NCBI GenBank assembly: GCA_000998805.1
Contig: LCFC01000002.1
Coordinates: forward strand, 5,784-69,783
Direction: 5' to 3'
DNA from: Parcubacteria group bacterium GW2011_GWA2_43_11
Lineage (GTDB): Bacteria > Patescibacteriota > Minisyncoccia > Phycocordibacterales > UBA12088
Length of the DNA stretch: 64,000 bases
A model generated the notes under the pieces. The model did no database searches. It saw nothing but the letters and a program-made list of their open reading frames with translations, and was not told the origin of the DNA. The translations under genes and the position numbers were made by a program. Shown here one piece after another: positions 37,315 through 45,941 of this stretch (the stretch's first letter is position 1; each line of letters begins with the position of its first letter).

Positions 37315-37917
37315 TTACTTCATAGTGCCATTAAAGTCCTGCATGGCACGGGCTTGTCCTTCGGAAACCAACACCTCAACTGCTTCCGCCGCATGTGCAA
37401 CCACCTTTTGCATCGCTTCGTCTTCTTTTTTAGTAAGTTTTTTTAAAATGAAGTCATGGACCTCACCTTCACCTTTGGGTTTTTTAAGTTTACCAGTTGG
37501 TGTCGTAGGTACAACCCCTATACGCACACGCATATATGCTTGTGTTTTAAGAGCACGTTCGATACTCAGAACGCCACGGTGGCCACCCGATCCCCGATTA
37601 CACACGATACGCATTGAACCAAGCCCAATATCAATATCATCATGTATTACAATAAGTCGCTCCAGTTGTTTTTTTGTTTTTATAAGCGGGGCTATTGAAC
37701 CCCCTGATCGATTCATATAATTGTCTGGGAGAACAAGTGTAACTTTGCATGCAGACACCATTCCCTGTGAAATCTTTGCACGTAATTTTTTATCATCTCG
37801 CCAGTCACTCGTTTTCCATCGTTCTTGAAGCACCTCTACTACCATGCGTCCAATGTTGTGGCGGGTGTGCGTGTATTCTTCTCCAGGGTTTCCAAGACCA
37901 ACTATAATGCATTCCAT
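37315..37917 (-). CDS. pth: Peptidyl-tRNA hydrolase
   Basis: 200 aa with VGLGNPGEEYTHTRHNIG and GHRGVLSI-type motifs. Confidence 0.93.
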   Translation of the reverse strand: MECIIVGLGNPGEEYTHTRHNIGRMVVEVLQERWKTSDWRDDKKLRAKISQGMVSACKVTLVLPDNYMNRSGGSIAPLIKTKKQLERLIVIHDDIDIGLGSMRIVCNRGSGGHRGVLSIERALKTQAYMRVRIGVVPTTPTGKLKKPKGEGEVHDFILKKLTKKEDEAMQKVVAHAAEAVEVLVSEGQARAMQDFNGTMK

Positions 37918-38054
37918 ACCGCAAGTATAAATGAGATATTACAACTCTCCAAAGTTTGTTACTGATTTACGTACCGCTTTAAATATCGCACACTGTATTT
38001 AGTCCCTGTATTAGTAAAAAATATTTGGTATACTATCTACATACACTTTTTTCT

Positions 38055-38732
38055 ATGGACCCTTTAACTATCAAATCACGTGACACAGTAGCAGATGAAC
38101 GTTTCGTGCGTGAGGATATTGAACCTACCCAAACACACAATCCTGAAAATGACAGTAGCTTTATAGGAGAAATTTTTAAATTCGCCCTACTTGCACTTAT
38201 TATTGTTATTCCATTTCGTCTTTTCATTGCTCAACCCTTCATTGTAAGTGGTGCTTCCATGTCACCTACCTTCGAAACCGGTGAATACATCATTGTCGAT
38301 CAGGTCACCTACCGTCTTCACGAGCCCAAGCGTGGCGATGTGGTTATATTCCGATTTCCTAATGACCCGTCTAAATTTTTTATAAAACGTATCATAGGTC
38401 TACCAGGAGAAGTAGTTACACTTGCAAATGGTGTCACCACAATAGTAGACCCTGAAACCAACAGCGAAACCGTTCTTGATGAAAAGTACCTCATTACAGA
38501 CAAAACGGACGACCACCTTTCTATCACCCTCTCTTCAACCGAGTACTTTGTGATGGGTGATAATCGCAGTGCCAGCTCTGACTCACGGGTCTGGGGACCA
38601 GTTCCCAGTGATAATATTGTTGGACGAGCTTTAGTGCGTCTATTGCCAGTAAATACTTTTTCTGTGTTCCCTGGTGGATATACTTTTACCTCTGAAAACA
38701 CACGCACCAGCACACCAGATGATATTCAATAA
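38055..38732 (+). CDS. lepB: Signal peptidase I
   Basis: SGASMSPTF (catalytic Ser), KRIIGLPGE (Lys box) and GDNRSASSDSR. The ATG at 38055 is used because the ORF-track start at 38025 is a TTG. Confidence 0.9.
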   Translation: MDPLTIKSRDTVADERFVREDIEPTQTHNPENDSSFIGEIFKFALLALIIVIPFRLFIAQPFIVSGASMSPTFETGEYIIVDQVTYRLHEPKRGDVVIFRFPNDPSKFFIKRIIGLPGEVVTLANGVTTIVDPETNSETVLDEKYLITDKTDDHLSITLSSTEYFVMGDNRSASSDSRVWGPVPSDNIVGRALVRLLPVNTFSVFPGGYTFTSENTRTSTPDDIQ

Positions 38733-38738
38733 CTTACT

Positions 38739-39911
38739 ATGAAGATACTACCTTTTAGTACTGAAACTTTCTTCAAAAAGGCAGTTAACGTAGCGGAATG
38801 CTACGGTTTCTCAAATGTTGATGATCTTCGCAAAAAAGCGACCGCAAAAGGTACGACTCTTCTTGGGCTACAAAAACACAAAAGTGAGCACGAAGAATTT
38901 GCCCATCACGTACTCGCAGATGTCTTTAAACACTACTCAAGTTCGTGTGATCTAAAACAAAAAAAGCCTTTAATGTTTTACACACCATCTACCGTCTCAC
39001 CAGCATCGACACCTAGTGTGCGCATCAGTGCCCTTACCTTAAATACTGTTGGTACAAATGATCCGCTTGCTGAAATTGTACTTTTGAAAAGTGCGACAAG
39101 TATTTTACGTGAACTTGGTATAAAGAAATTCAGCTTACGTATTAACAGTATTGGTGACAGCGATTCTTCGGTACGCTTTTTGCGTGAAGCGACGTTACGT
39201 ATACGAAACCGTATGCATGAACTACCTGTCGAACTCTCCAACAGTATGCGCGCAAACCCAGGAGCAGTGTTTGCGCAATTATACAGTGAAAAACACCCTC
39301 TCGCTGAGGAGCTTCCAAGCCCTATTGAGTACCTCACTACCCCAAGTAGAAAGTATTTTAAGGAAGTCTTGGAACTACTTGGAAACGCTGACATACCTTT
39401 TGAACTTTCTGATAAATTATATGCAAATCCAAACATTTACTCTCACACTATTTTTGAAATAGTTGAAATAAACGAAAATGAAGCAATGCCACCTACAGTA
39501 CTCGCACGAGGCGGGAGGTACGATGAGCTTACGCGACCGTATGTACGAGGGACACTACCTTCAACCGGTATAGTGATAGCAATGCGCACCAACGATAAGA
39601 ATTCTAAATTTGGAAGACCTCGACGACGTAAAGCTAATGCATGTTTGGTGCACATTGGAAAAGAAGCTCGCATACGCAGTATTAACATTATAGAAACTTT
39701 TAGAGCACGAAAGATTCCGATTGAACAATGTCTCTATTTTGAACGATTTTCTGAACAAATGGCTTACGCTGAAGCCCAACATACAAAATACATACTCATT
39801 ATTGGGCAACAAGAAGCACGGGACAATGTAGTCTTGATGCGAAATACTAATGATCACTCTCAACAAACAGTGTCAATCGACCGTCTTCCTGAGCTATTAG
39901 GTATGAAATAA
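38739..39911 (+). CDS. Histidyl-tRNA synthetase-like protein with a degenerate class II motif 2
   Basis: 390 aa. RGGRYDEL (HisB-like) and a clear C-terminal HisRS-type anticodon-binding domain are present. The FRYE-PQ-GR motif-2 region is replaced by YTPSTVSPASTPSVR. Confidence 0.6.
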   Translation: MKILPFSTETFFKKAVNVAECYGFSNVDDLRKKATAKGTTLLGLQKHKSEHEEFAHHVLADVFKHYSSSCDLKQKKPLMFYTPSTVSPASTPSVRISALTLNTVGTNDPLAEIVLLKSATSILRELGIKKFSLRINSIGDSDSSVRFLREATLRIRNRMHELPVELSNSMRANPGAVFAQLYSEKHPLAEELPSPIEYLTTPSRKYFKEVLELLGNADIPFELSDKLYANPNIYSHTIFEIVEINENEAMPPTVLARGGRYDELTRPYVRGTLPSTGIVIAMRTNDKNSKFGRPRRRKANACLVHIGKEARIRSINIIETFRARKIPIEQCLYFERFSEQMAYAEAQHTKYILIIGQQEARDNVVLMRNTNDHSQQTVSIDRLPELLGMK

Positions 39912-40084
39912 GCGGTGGCAACTTTGACCTTACGTATAAGATTCAGCTCTACCAAGAGGGGCTTGCCCCGTAGTAGAAATGACGATGCGCTTCGCGCGCT
40001 CGACCCATGGTTGAGCCCCGTACTGAAGCTTTGCTCTAGTACAGGGCGAGCTTCGTCAATTTTCACTACGGGGCTTGCCCGTAA
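39912..40084 (+). repeat. S-family structured element copy S1
   Basis: CCCCGTAGTAGAAATGACG...CGTCAATTTTCACTACGGGG forms a long closing helix. An inner hairpin at 40016-40046 is the reverse complement of module E of R8. The element starts immediately after the upstream stop codon with GCGGTG. Confidence 0.75.
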
Positions 40085-40110
40085 TAACACCCTGTGGTAC
40101 GATGTGCCAC

Positions 40111-40353
40111 ATGATAAACGTAGAAGTTGAGCGACATGGAAACGAGAACGTTGGCGGTTTGATGCGCCGTTTTTCGCGTAAGATGCAGAGCAGTGGCGTG
40201 GTTCGTCGTGTTCGCGGTTTGCGCTATCACCAACGAAATCTTTCAGATTCAAAACAAAAAAAGGAAGCACTTAACCGTCTTGCACGTACTGAAAAATACA
40301 TGGATTTGTTCAAAGAAGGTCGAAAGATGCCTGAAAAAGCAAAGCATCGTTAA
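40111..40353 (+). CDS. rpsU: 30S ribosomal protein S21
   Basis: MINVEVERHGNENVGGLMRRFSRKMQSSGVVRRVRGLRYHQR... The ATG at 40111 is preferred over the ORF-track start at 40075. Confidence 0.9.
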   Translation: MINVEVERHGNENVGGLMRRFSRKMQSSGVVRRVRGLRYHQRNLSDSKQKKEALNRLARTEKYMDLFKEGRKMPEKAKHR

Positions 40354-40364
40354 ACAACAATGAT

Positions 40365-40580
40365 AGGACTTACGCAAACGGATGCGACCTAATTTTCAAG
40401 GAGTGAAACGACTATGAAAATGGAAATGCCCTTGCGGTACAGTTCTAGGAAAGCGAACAAAATGGAGCGAGTCCCGCCACGGGCGGGATGAGAGATATTT
40501 TGTGAAGTTTGACAACGAGAATGCGACCAATTTTTCTTACGACTGTAAGGAGTTAGAAAAATGAAGTGCCCTCGTGGTGT
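40365..40580 (+). repeat. R-family element copy R7 (TIR - C - core A - D), right TIR missing
   Basis: AGGACTTACGCAAACGG, then module C with a covarying stem (AATTTTCA/TATGAAAAT), core A and module D. Homology to R5 stops at ...GTGGTG (40580), inside the ybeY ORF. Confidence 0.85.
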
Positions 40581-40853
40581 ATAGGAGATACTACCGCAAA
40601 AAAATTAAACAAAACGTATAGAAACAAAACTTCGCCTGCAAACATACTCACCTTCCCTCTTGCGAAAAATGAGGCAGAGATTTTTCTCAATGTAGCCGGC
40701 ATCAAAAGAGAAGCCCACCGATTTGATTTCACACCAAGTCAACATGGACGTTTTTTGCTTATCCACGGTTGTTTGCATTTGAAAGGACACACGCACGGGA
40801 GTACAATGGAACAAGCGGAGGAACGAGCACTCAAAAAATTTGCTATCCGCTGA
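40566..40853 (+). CDS. ybeY: Endoribonuclease YbeY, N-terminally short; the 5' end overlaps R7
   Basis: LNKTYRNKTSPANILTFP and the zinc motif HGCLHLKGHTHG are present. At 95 aa from a GTG start, it lacks about 35-40 N-terminal residues compared with typical YbeY. It may be truncated or a pseudogene. Confidence 0.65.
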   Translation: MPSWCIGDTTAKKLNKTYRNKTSPANILTFPLAKNEAEIFLNVAGIKREAHRFDFTPSQHGRFLLIHGCLHLKGHTHGSTMEQAEERALKKFAIR

Positions 40854-40961
40854 TTCAGCCCCTTGCCTTTAGAGAAAACGTACTGTGCTTTAGGAGACAA
40901 GCACCCTACGTGCCTTTTTTTGGTACTCACCCACATATACCATTGTTCAAATCACATAAAC

Positions 40962-42122
40962 ATGGCACAAAAAATAGCAGTTGGCATCGATGTTGGCACG
41001 TATCAAATCAAGGTCGTGGTAGCTTCGCAAGATTCTCGAGAACAACGGGCTAAAATAATAGGCACGGGTTTTGCGCAATCACGCGGCATCAGGCACGGGT
41101 ACGTGGTTAACAGGCAAGATATTGCAAAAATGCTACAACTTGCTGTACGTGAAGCAGAAAAATCCTCAGGAGTTGCCATACGGCGCGCATACTTGTCTGT
41201 CGGAGGTGTCGGTCTCGAAGAATTCCGTTCCCGGGCAGAACTCCTTGTGTCACGCGCAGACAGTGAGGTTACCGAGCTCGATTTAAAAAACATTATCGAA
41301 GAAAGTGAACGTAAAATAAGTTCACGCTTACTCAACAGGAAAGTGATACACGCGATACCCTTAGCTTATCGGCTAGATGGTGAAAGACTCATGGGTTCAC
41401 CAATTGGAATGAAAGGAGTTAAGTTAGAATTGGACGCCTTATTTCTGACAGCTCTTGAGCAACATTTAAATGATTTAATTGCAGCTGTTGAAGACGTGGG
41501 AGTTTCTGTTATTGATGTTATGGCGAGCCCTCTTGCAGGAAGTTTTGTAACCCTTACCAAGGCTCAAAAAATAGCTGGCGTCGTACTTGCAAACATTGGT
41601 GCCGAAACTCTTTCGGTAGCAGTATTTGAAAATGACGTGCCAATTTCGGTAAAAGTCTTCCCAATGGGTTCGACTGACATAACTCACGATATTGCACTAG
41701 GACTTAAGATATCTATAGAAGACGCAGAGCAAGCAAAACGTGGTGCATTAATTAATTCAGTGACTTCAAAAAAACAGCTTGACACTATTATTGCCCATCG
41801 CCTTTCAAACATTTTTGCATTGATTGAAGCCCACCTGAAACGACTTGGGAAAAACGGGTTACTCCCCGCTGGTGTTGTTATTTCTGGTGGGGGTTCCGGA
41901 GTCACTACTATTGAAGACATTGCCCGAGTTGTTTTAAAAATACCTTCCAAAAAAGCGTCACTTATGCTTGAAGGGAAGTCAAAAGTTAAGAACAGTACAT
42001 GGGCGGTCGCTTATGGACTCTGCATATGGGGCCTTACAAACGATATTGAGTCAAGTAGTTTTTCTACCATCAAAGAAAACGCAAGCGGTTTCATTACTTG
42101 GCTCAAACAATTTCTCCCATAA
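40962..42122 (+). CDS. ftsA: Cell division protein FtsA
   Basis: Actin-like ATPase with IAVGIDVGTYQIKVVVA and VVISGGGS. The ATG at 40962 is preferred over the ORF-track start at 40863. Confidence 0.9.
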   Translation: MAQKIAVGIDVGTYQIKVVVASQDSREQRAKIIGTGFAQSRGIRHGYVVNRQDIAKMLQLAVREAEKSSGVAIRRAYLSVGGVGLEEFRSRAELLVSRADSEVTELDLKNIIEESERKISSRLLNRKVIHAIPLAYRLDGERLMGSPIGMKGVKLELDALFLTALEQHLNDLIAAVEDVGVSVIDVMASPLAGSFVTLTKAQKIAGVVLANIGAETLSVAVFENDVPISVKVFPMGSTDITHDIALGLKISIEDAEQAKRGALINSVTSKKQLDTIIAHRLSNIFALIEAHLKRLGKNGLLPAGVVISGGGSGVTTIEDIARVVLKIPSKKASLMLEGKSKVKNSTWAVAYGLCIWGLTNDIESSSFSTIKENASGFITWLKQFLP

Positions 42123-42243
42123 ATCCTTTATTCTAGAGCTATTTTAGGAATATAAAACAAAGCTACAAACGAGACTTTGTGTCAACGGTTTCGCTTTTTT
42201 GTGCTTCTGATATGATGACAGAACTTAACCTAACGCTTGGTTT

Positions 42244-43494
42244 ATGCCACAAGTACAAACAGATATAGAATCATTTGCAAGAATACGAGTAGTAGGAATC
42301 GGTGGTTCAGGCAACAATGCCATAAACCACATGATTAACTCGAACGTAAAAGGAGTTGATTTCATAACTATTAATACAGACGCTCAGGATCTTCAAAATT
42401 CAAAAGCGAAAAAGAAAGTTCATATTGGAAAAAACCTAACACGAGGTCTGGGTGCTGGTGGAAACCCTGACTCAGGGAAACGGGCAGCTGAGGAAACTCA
42501 GGAAGAAATTCTTGAGACTCTTCGTGACTCTGACATGGTGTTTATATCCGGTGGACTTGGAGGTGGTACAGGAACAGGTGCCGCTCCTATCGTCGCACGT
42601 CTAGCAAAGGAGGCTGGCGCGCTTACAGTAGGTATAGTAACAAAACCTTTCTCGTTTGAAGGACAACAGAGAATGCGAGCCGCAGAAGAGGGTCTTGCAG
42701 CACTCAAGGAAGAGGTGGATGCTATCATCGTGATTCCTAATGACCGACTACTTGCTATTGTTGACCGCGATACGAGCGTACTTAATGCATTTGCACTTTG
42801 TGATGATGTACTACGACAAGCAGTCGAGGGTATTTCTGACCTCATCATTACCCCTGGTATTGTTAACGTTGACTTTGCAGATATCAAATCAGTTATGCAA
42901 AATGCCGGCTCGGCACTCATGGGTATTGGACTTGCTTCAGGAGAAAAACGTGCAGAAGAAGCGGCACTAAAAGCTATCAATTCCCCACTACTTGAAGTAT
43001 CTATTTCTGGAGCTCGTGGTGTCCTTTTCGCTATCGCTGGGGGTGAAGATCTAGGAATGCTAGAAATACAAGATGCTGCACGAATAATCACTGAAACTGT
43101 TGATCCAAACGCACGAGTTATCTTCGGAGCATTTCGTGACGACAAACTCAAAAAAGATGAGCTTAAAGTTACTGTTATTGCTACGGGATTTACTGAAGGT
43201 GAAATTACAGAACATGCAAGTTCCCTCTTCTCTATTGGTGGGGGGCTCTCCCAAAAAGAAGAGCTTACACCATCAGCAATACACAACACGATTGCTGATG
43301 TACGTGCAGCAAACAATAATGCAGTTCGGACGACACCGGCGTTTCGACCTAAGCCTGAAATAAAATCAATACAAAAAGAAAGAAAGATTCCCGCGGACAC
43401 AAAAGAGGACTATGTAAAGGATATCAAAGATGATGAAGAAGATGACAACGAATGGGGTATTCCACCTTTTTTACGACGCTCAAAAATAAAATAG
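42244..43494 (+). CDS. ftsZ: Cell division protein FtsZ
   Basis: GIGGSGNNAINHM, the GGGTGTGAAP tubulin signature, and a C-terminal conserved peptide (IPPFLRR). Confidence 0.98.
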   Translation: MPQVQTDIESFARIRVVGIGGSGNNAINHMINSNVKGVDFITINTDAQDLQNSKAKKKVHIGKNLTRGLGAGGNPDSGKRAAEETQEEILETLRDSDMVFISGGLGGGTGTGAAPIVARLAKEAGALTVGIVTKPFSFEGQQRMRAAEEGLAALKEEVDAIIVIPNDRLLAIVDRDTSVLNAFALCDDVLRQAVEGISDLIITPGIVNVDFADIKSVMQNAGSALMGIGLASGEKRAEEAALKAINSPLLEVSISGARGVLFAIAGGEDLGMLEIQDAARIITETVDPNARVIFGAFRDDKLKKDELKVTVIATGFTEGEITEHASSLFSIGGGLSQKEELTPSAIHNTIADVRAANNNAVRTTPAFRPKPEIKSIQKERKIPADTKEDYVKDIKDDEEDDNEWGIPPFLRRSKIK

Positions 43495-43565
43495 AACTTT
43501 TGAATCTACCCCGATAACACTTTACTATTCCGCTCCACTACACATGTCTTCTTGAAAGCATTAAA

Positions 43566-43662
43566 AGTAGTGAGTAAAGAGTAGTGAGCCGGGAGTAAAT
43601 AATTAAAAAGCTCGCCACCGTGGTGGCGTTAACTCTAGGCTCTCGACTCATTACTCACTACT
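43566..43662. repeat. 97-nt nested-helix element carrying three AGTAGTGAG motifs
   Basis: AGTAGTGAGTAA (43566-43577) pairs with TTACTCACTACT (43651-43662). Inner pairs are GAGCC/GGCTC and the palindrome CGCCACC-GT-GGTGGCG. A related string, CTCGGACTCATTACTCA, is found at 55555-55571. Confidence 0.5.
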
Positions 43663-43816
43663 ATACTATCTGAAATAACTGGTTGCGCTCATACTTGAAG
43701 TTGGTTATTAGATAGACTGAGTCCCATAAGTGCTCTTAAGTATATTTCTGGTATAGTATACGAGCGATGAGAAATTATTGCTCGTATCTATTTTTACATA
43801 ATCACCTACTTGTTCT

Positions 43817-44572
43817 ATGAAATTTGATTTAGTTATCATTGGAGGAGGGCCTGCTGCTATAGCAGGAGGAGTGTACGCTGCACGAAAGCGACTCAAAACA
43901 CTTGTTATTGCAAAAGAGTTTGGTGGGCAAAGTATTGTCTCATCGGAAATCTTTAACTGGATAGGAACCCCTTCAATACGAGGTGAAGACTTAGCGAAAT
44001 CTCTTAAAAATCACCTTGAACAATACAAGGGTGAGTATATTACTATTGAGGAAGGGTTACTCGTGACCAAAGTAGCTGGTACACAGGGAGATTTTGCTAT
44101 AACCACCAACACAGAGAAGGTGTTTACATGTTCTATGGTTCTTGTAGCCTCAGGTGCAACCCGTAGAAGACTTAAGGTCTCAGGGACTATGGAATATGAC
44201 CAAAAGGGACTTACCTATTGTGCCACATGTGACGGTCCACTATTTTCCGGAATGGATGTGGTAGTTGTTGGTGGTGGAAATGCCGGTTTTGAATCTGCAT
44301 CCCAACTTCTTGCTTACGCCAAAAGTGTCACACTTCTTGATAATGGTGACATGTTTAAAGCAGAACCAATTACGATTGAGAAGGTACTTTCACGAAAAAA
44401 TATGAAGGCGATACTTCATGCCGAAACAACAGAGATTCTTGGAGACAAGATGGTTACGGGTATTAAATATAAAGATACTAAAACAGGAGAAGAACAGGTA
44501 CTACCTGTACAAGGAATATTTATTGAAATCGGAGTGGTCCCTTACGGAAGTAGATGCAGTGAAAGCACTTGA
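43817..44572 (+). pseudogene. trxB: Thioredoxin-disulfide reductase, C-terminally truncated
   Basis: GGGPAAIAGGVYAARK (FAD), the CATCDG redox centre and VVGGGNAGFESA (NADPH) are present. The ORF stops at 251 aa, just after GIFIEIG, so the final FAD-binding GD motif region (about 60-70 aa) is absent. R8 follows 52 nt later. Confidence 0.6.
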
Positions 44573-44624
44573 AGACATATACGTACACTTCCACAAATAG
44601 ATACTTGAGAAGAGAGATCGTCCA

Positions 44625-44879
44625 AGACCTACGCAAATGGATGCGACCAATTTTTCTTATGATCCGCCAGCGTGCGGAGAGTTAGAAAAATGAAGTACTC
44701 CTGCTCGCCCCGTATACAGCTATGCTGTTGTACTGGGGTGGTGCAATTCAAGGCGCCAGAACAAAATAGAATGAGTTGTATGAGTAATACTACGAGAGAT
44801 ATTTTGCGACGGGCCCTGTACTAGAGCGAAGCTTCAGTACGGGGCGGGCAACGATGAAGTGCGCCGTTTGCGTAGGTCA
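44625..44879 (+). repeat. R-family element copy R8 (TIR - D with nested hairpin - core B with nested hairpin E - TIR), 255 nt
   Basis: AGACCTACGCAAATGG...CCGTTTGCGTAGGTC termini. Nested hairpins lie at 44708-44738 and 44814-44844, the latter flanked by a duplicated CGGG. Confidence 0.9.
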
Positions 44880-44911
44880 TGTTACAGGCGCTGTTGTTGC
44901 AACTCCTTTCT

Positions 44912-45442
44912 TTACTCTTTATGGTTCGGCAAAGTCAGAGCAACACAGTTCCAAAAGCGTACTGAATGATTCATCTCTCTTAGGTGGCAAAGCTCGTGAA
45001 CTAAAAGGTAATCTTGTAAATGACTAGGTAAAAAAATAATCCTATAATCGAAATTCAAATTTCCTTTTTCTGAGCAACTTCCCCATCTGCTTGTATTCAC
45101 ACGTATGGATACACGATGGTACGTGTATCCATACACTCTATTCAGCTCTGTCAATCTAAGTTGCACAAACTTTCGTGCGGCTTCTTTGTGCTTCGTGTAG
45201 TGTTTTTTTCTTACATGAGTAGATACCGCTTGCGGGTACTTTTGGAGCACTGCCAAGAGCCAACTCTTTTTTTCAAGTATAAATTTTTCCGCTCCTCTTA
45301 ATGAAATCCAGTAAGGAACTGTGAGTGTTATTCTCCCCTCCCTCTGCACAGCAAGCGAATAGCTTTTTTGTTTCCTTCTCTTCCGAAGCGTGTACTCAAT
45401 AGTTTGATTGTCGATTACAAAGGTTCGTACTTGTTGCATCAA
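44912..45442 (-). CDS. YgjP-like (DUF45) M48-family metallopeptidase
   Basis: 176 aa with the HExxH motif in LLVHELCHLREMNHS. Confidence 0.75.
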   Translation of the reverse strand: MMQQVRTFVIDNQTIEYTLRKRRKQKSYSLAVQREGRITLTVPYWISLRGAEKFILEKKSWLLAVLQKYPQAVSTHVRKKHYTKHKEAARKFVQLRLTELNRVYGYTYHRVSIRVNTSRWGSCSEKGNLNFDYRIIFLPSHLQDYLLVHELCHLREMNHSVRFWNCVALTLPNHKE

Positions 45443-45525
45443 GTTAGTATACCGCAGAACAGGATATTTTTATGCTGTATATGATACTTGCACATGAATA
45501 TTAAGCTGTATTAATCTATACATAT

Positions 45526-45876
45526 ATGGAAAATCAAATACAAGAGTCAATTGAAACAGAGGCAAAAAAAGAGTTCAGACCCGAAAAAGAAAAGCATGTT
45601 GGTTTGGCAATTATTGCGTATCTTCTCTTTTTCGTACCACTTTTAACAGAAGCAAAAGACGACGTTTTTGTTAAATATCACGTGAAGCAAGGATTCGTTT
45701 TGTTTCTGAGTGCAGTTATAACAAATATTATTTCAATATCACCACTGCCATTTATTGGAATCTTACTTCAGTTCGGTCTGGTTATACTTTTTTTTATAGG
45801 TATCATAAATGTACTTCACGAAAAAAAAGAACCATTGCCATTTATTGGGCAGTTCGCAGACAAATTTACTTTTTAG
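45526..45876 (+). CDS. Small membrane protein, DUF4870-like
   Basis: 116 aa with three TM helices and a VKYHVKQGFVLFL motif typical of that family. Assigned from memory, so confidence is moderate. Confidence 0.55.
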   Translation: MENQIQESIETEAKKEFRPEKEKHVGLAIIAYLLFFVPLLTEAKDDVFVKYHVKQGFVLFLSAVITNIISISPLPFIGILLQFGLVILFFIGIINVLHEKKEPLPFIGQFADKFTF

Positions 45877-45941
45877 TAGTACAACAAAAAGAAAAGGGAC
45901 AACACAAAGTCCCTTTTCTTTTTTCATTTTGTAACGTTTTA

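Noticed and set aside
42498-43400. 300-aa ORF antisense to ftsZ, with similar long antisense ORFs at 10475-11038 (dnaK), 15598-16290 (umuC-like), 59607-60221 (rsmH), 31799-32290 (uvrA) and 27060-27596 (lipoprotein gene)
   Set aside because: Each lies opposite a strongly conserved or better-supported gene (SD plus signal peptide in the last case). All have low-complexity Ser/Ala/Pro-rich composition and no recognisable motifs, so they are typical shadow ORFs.
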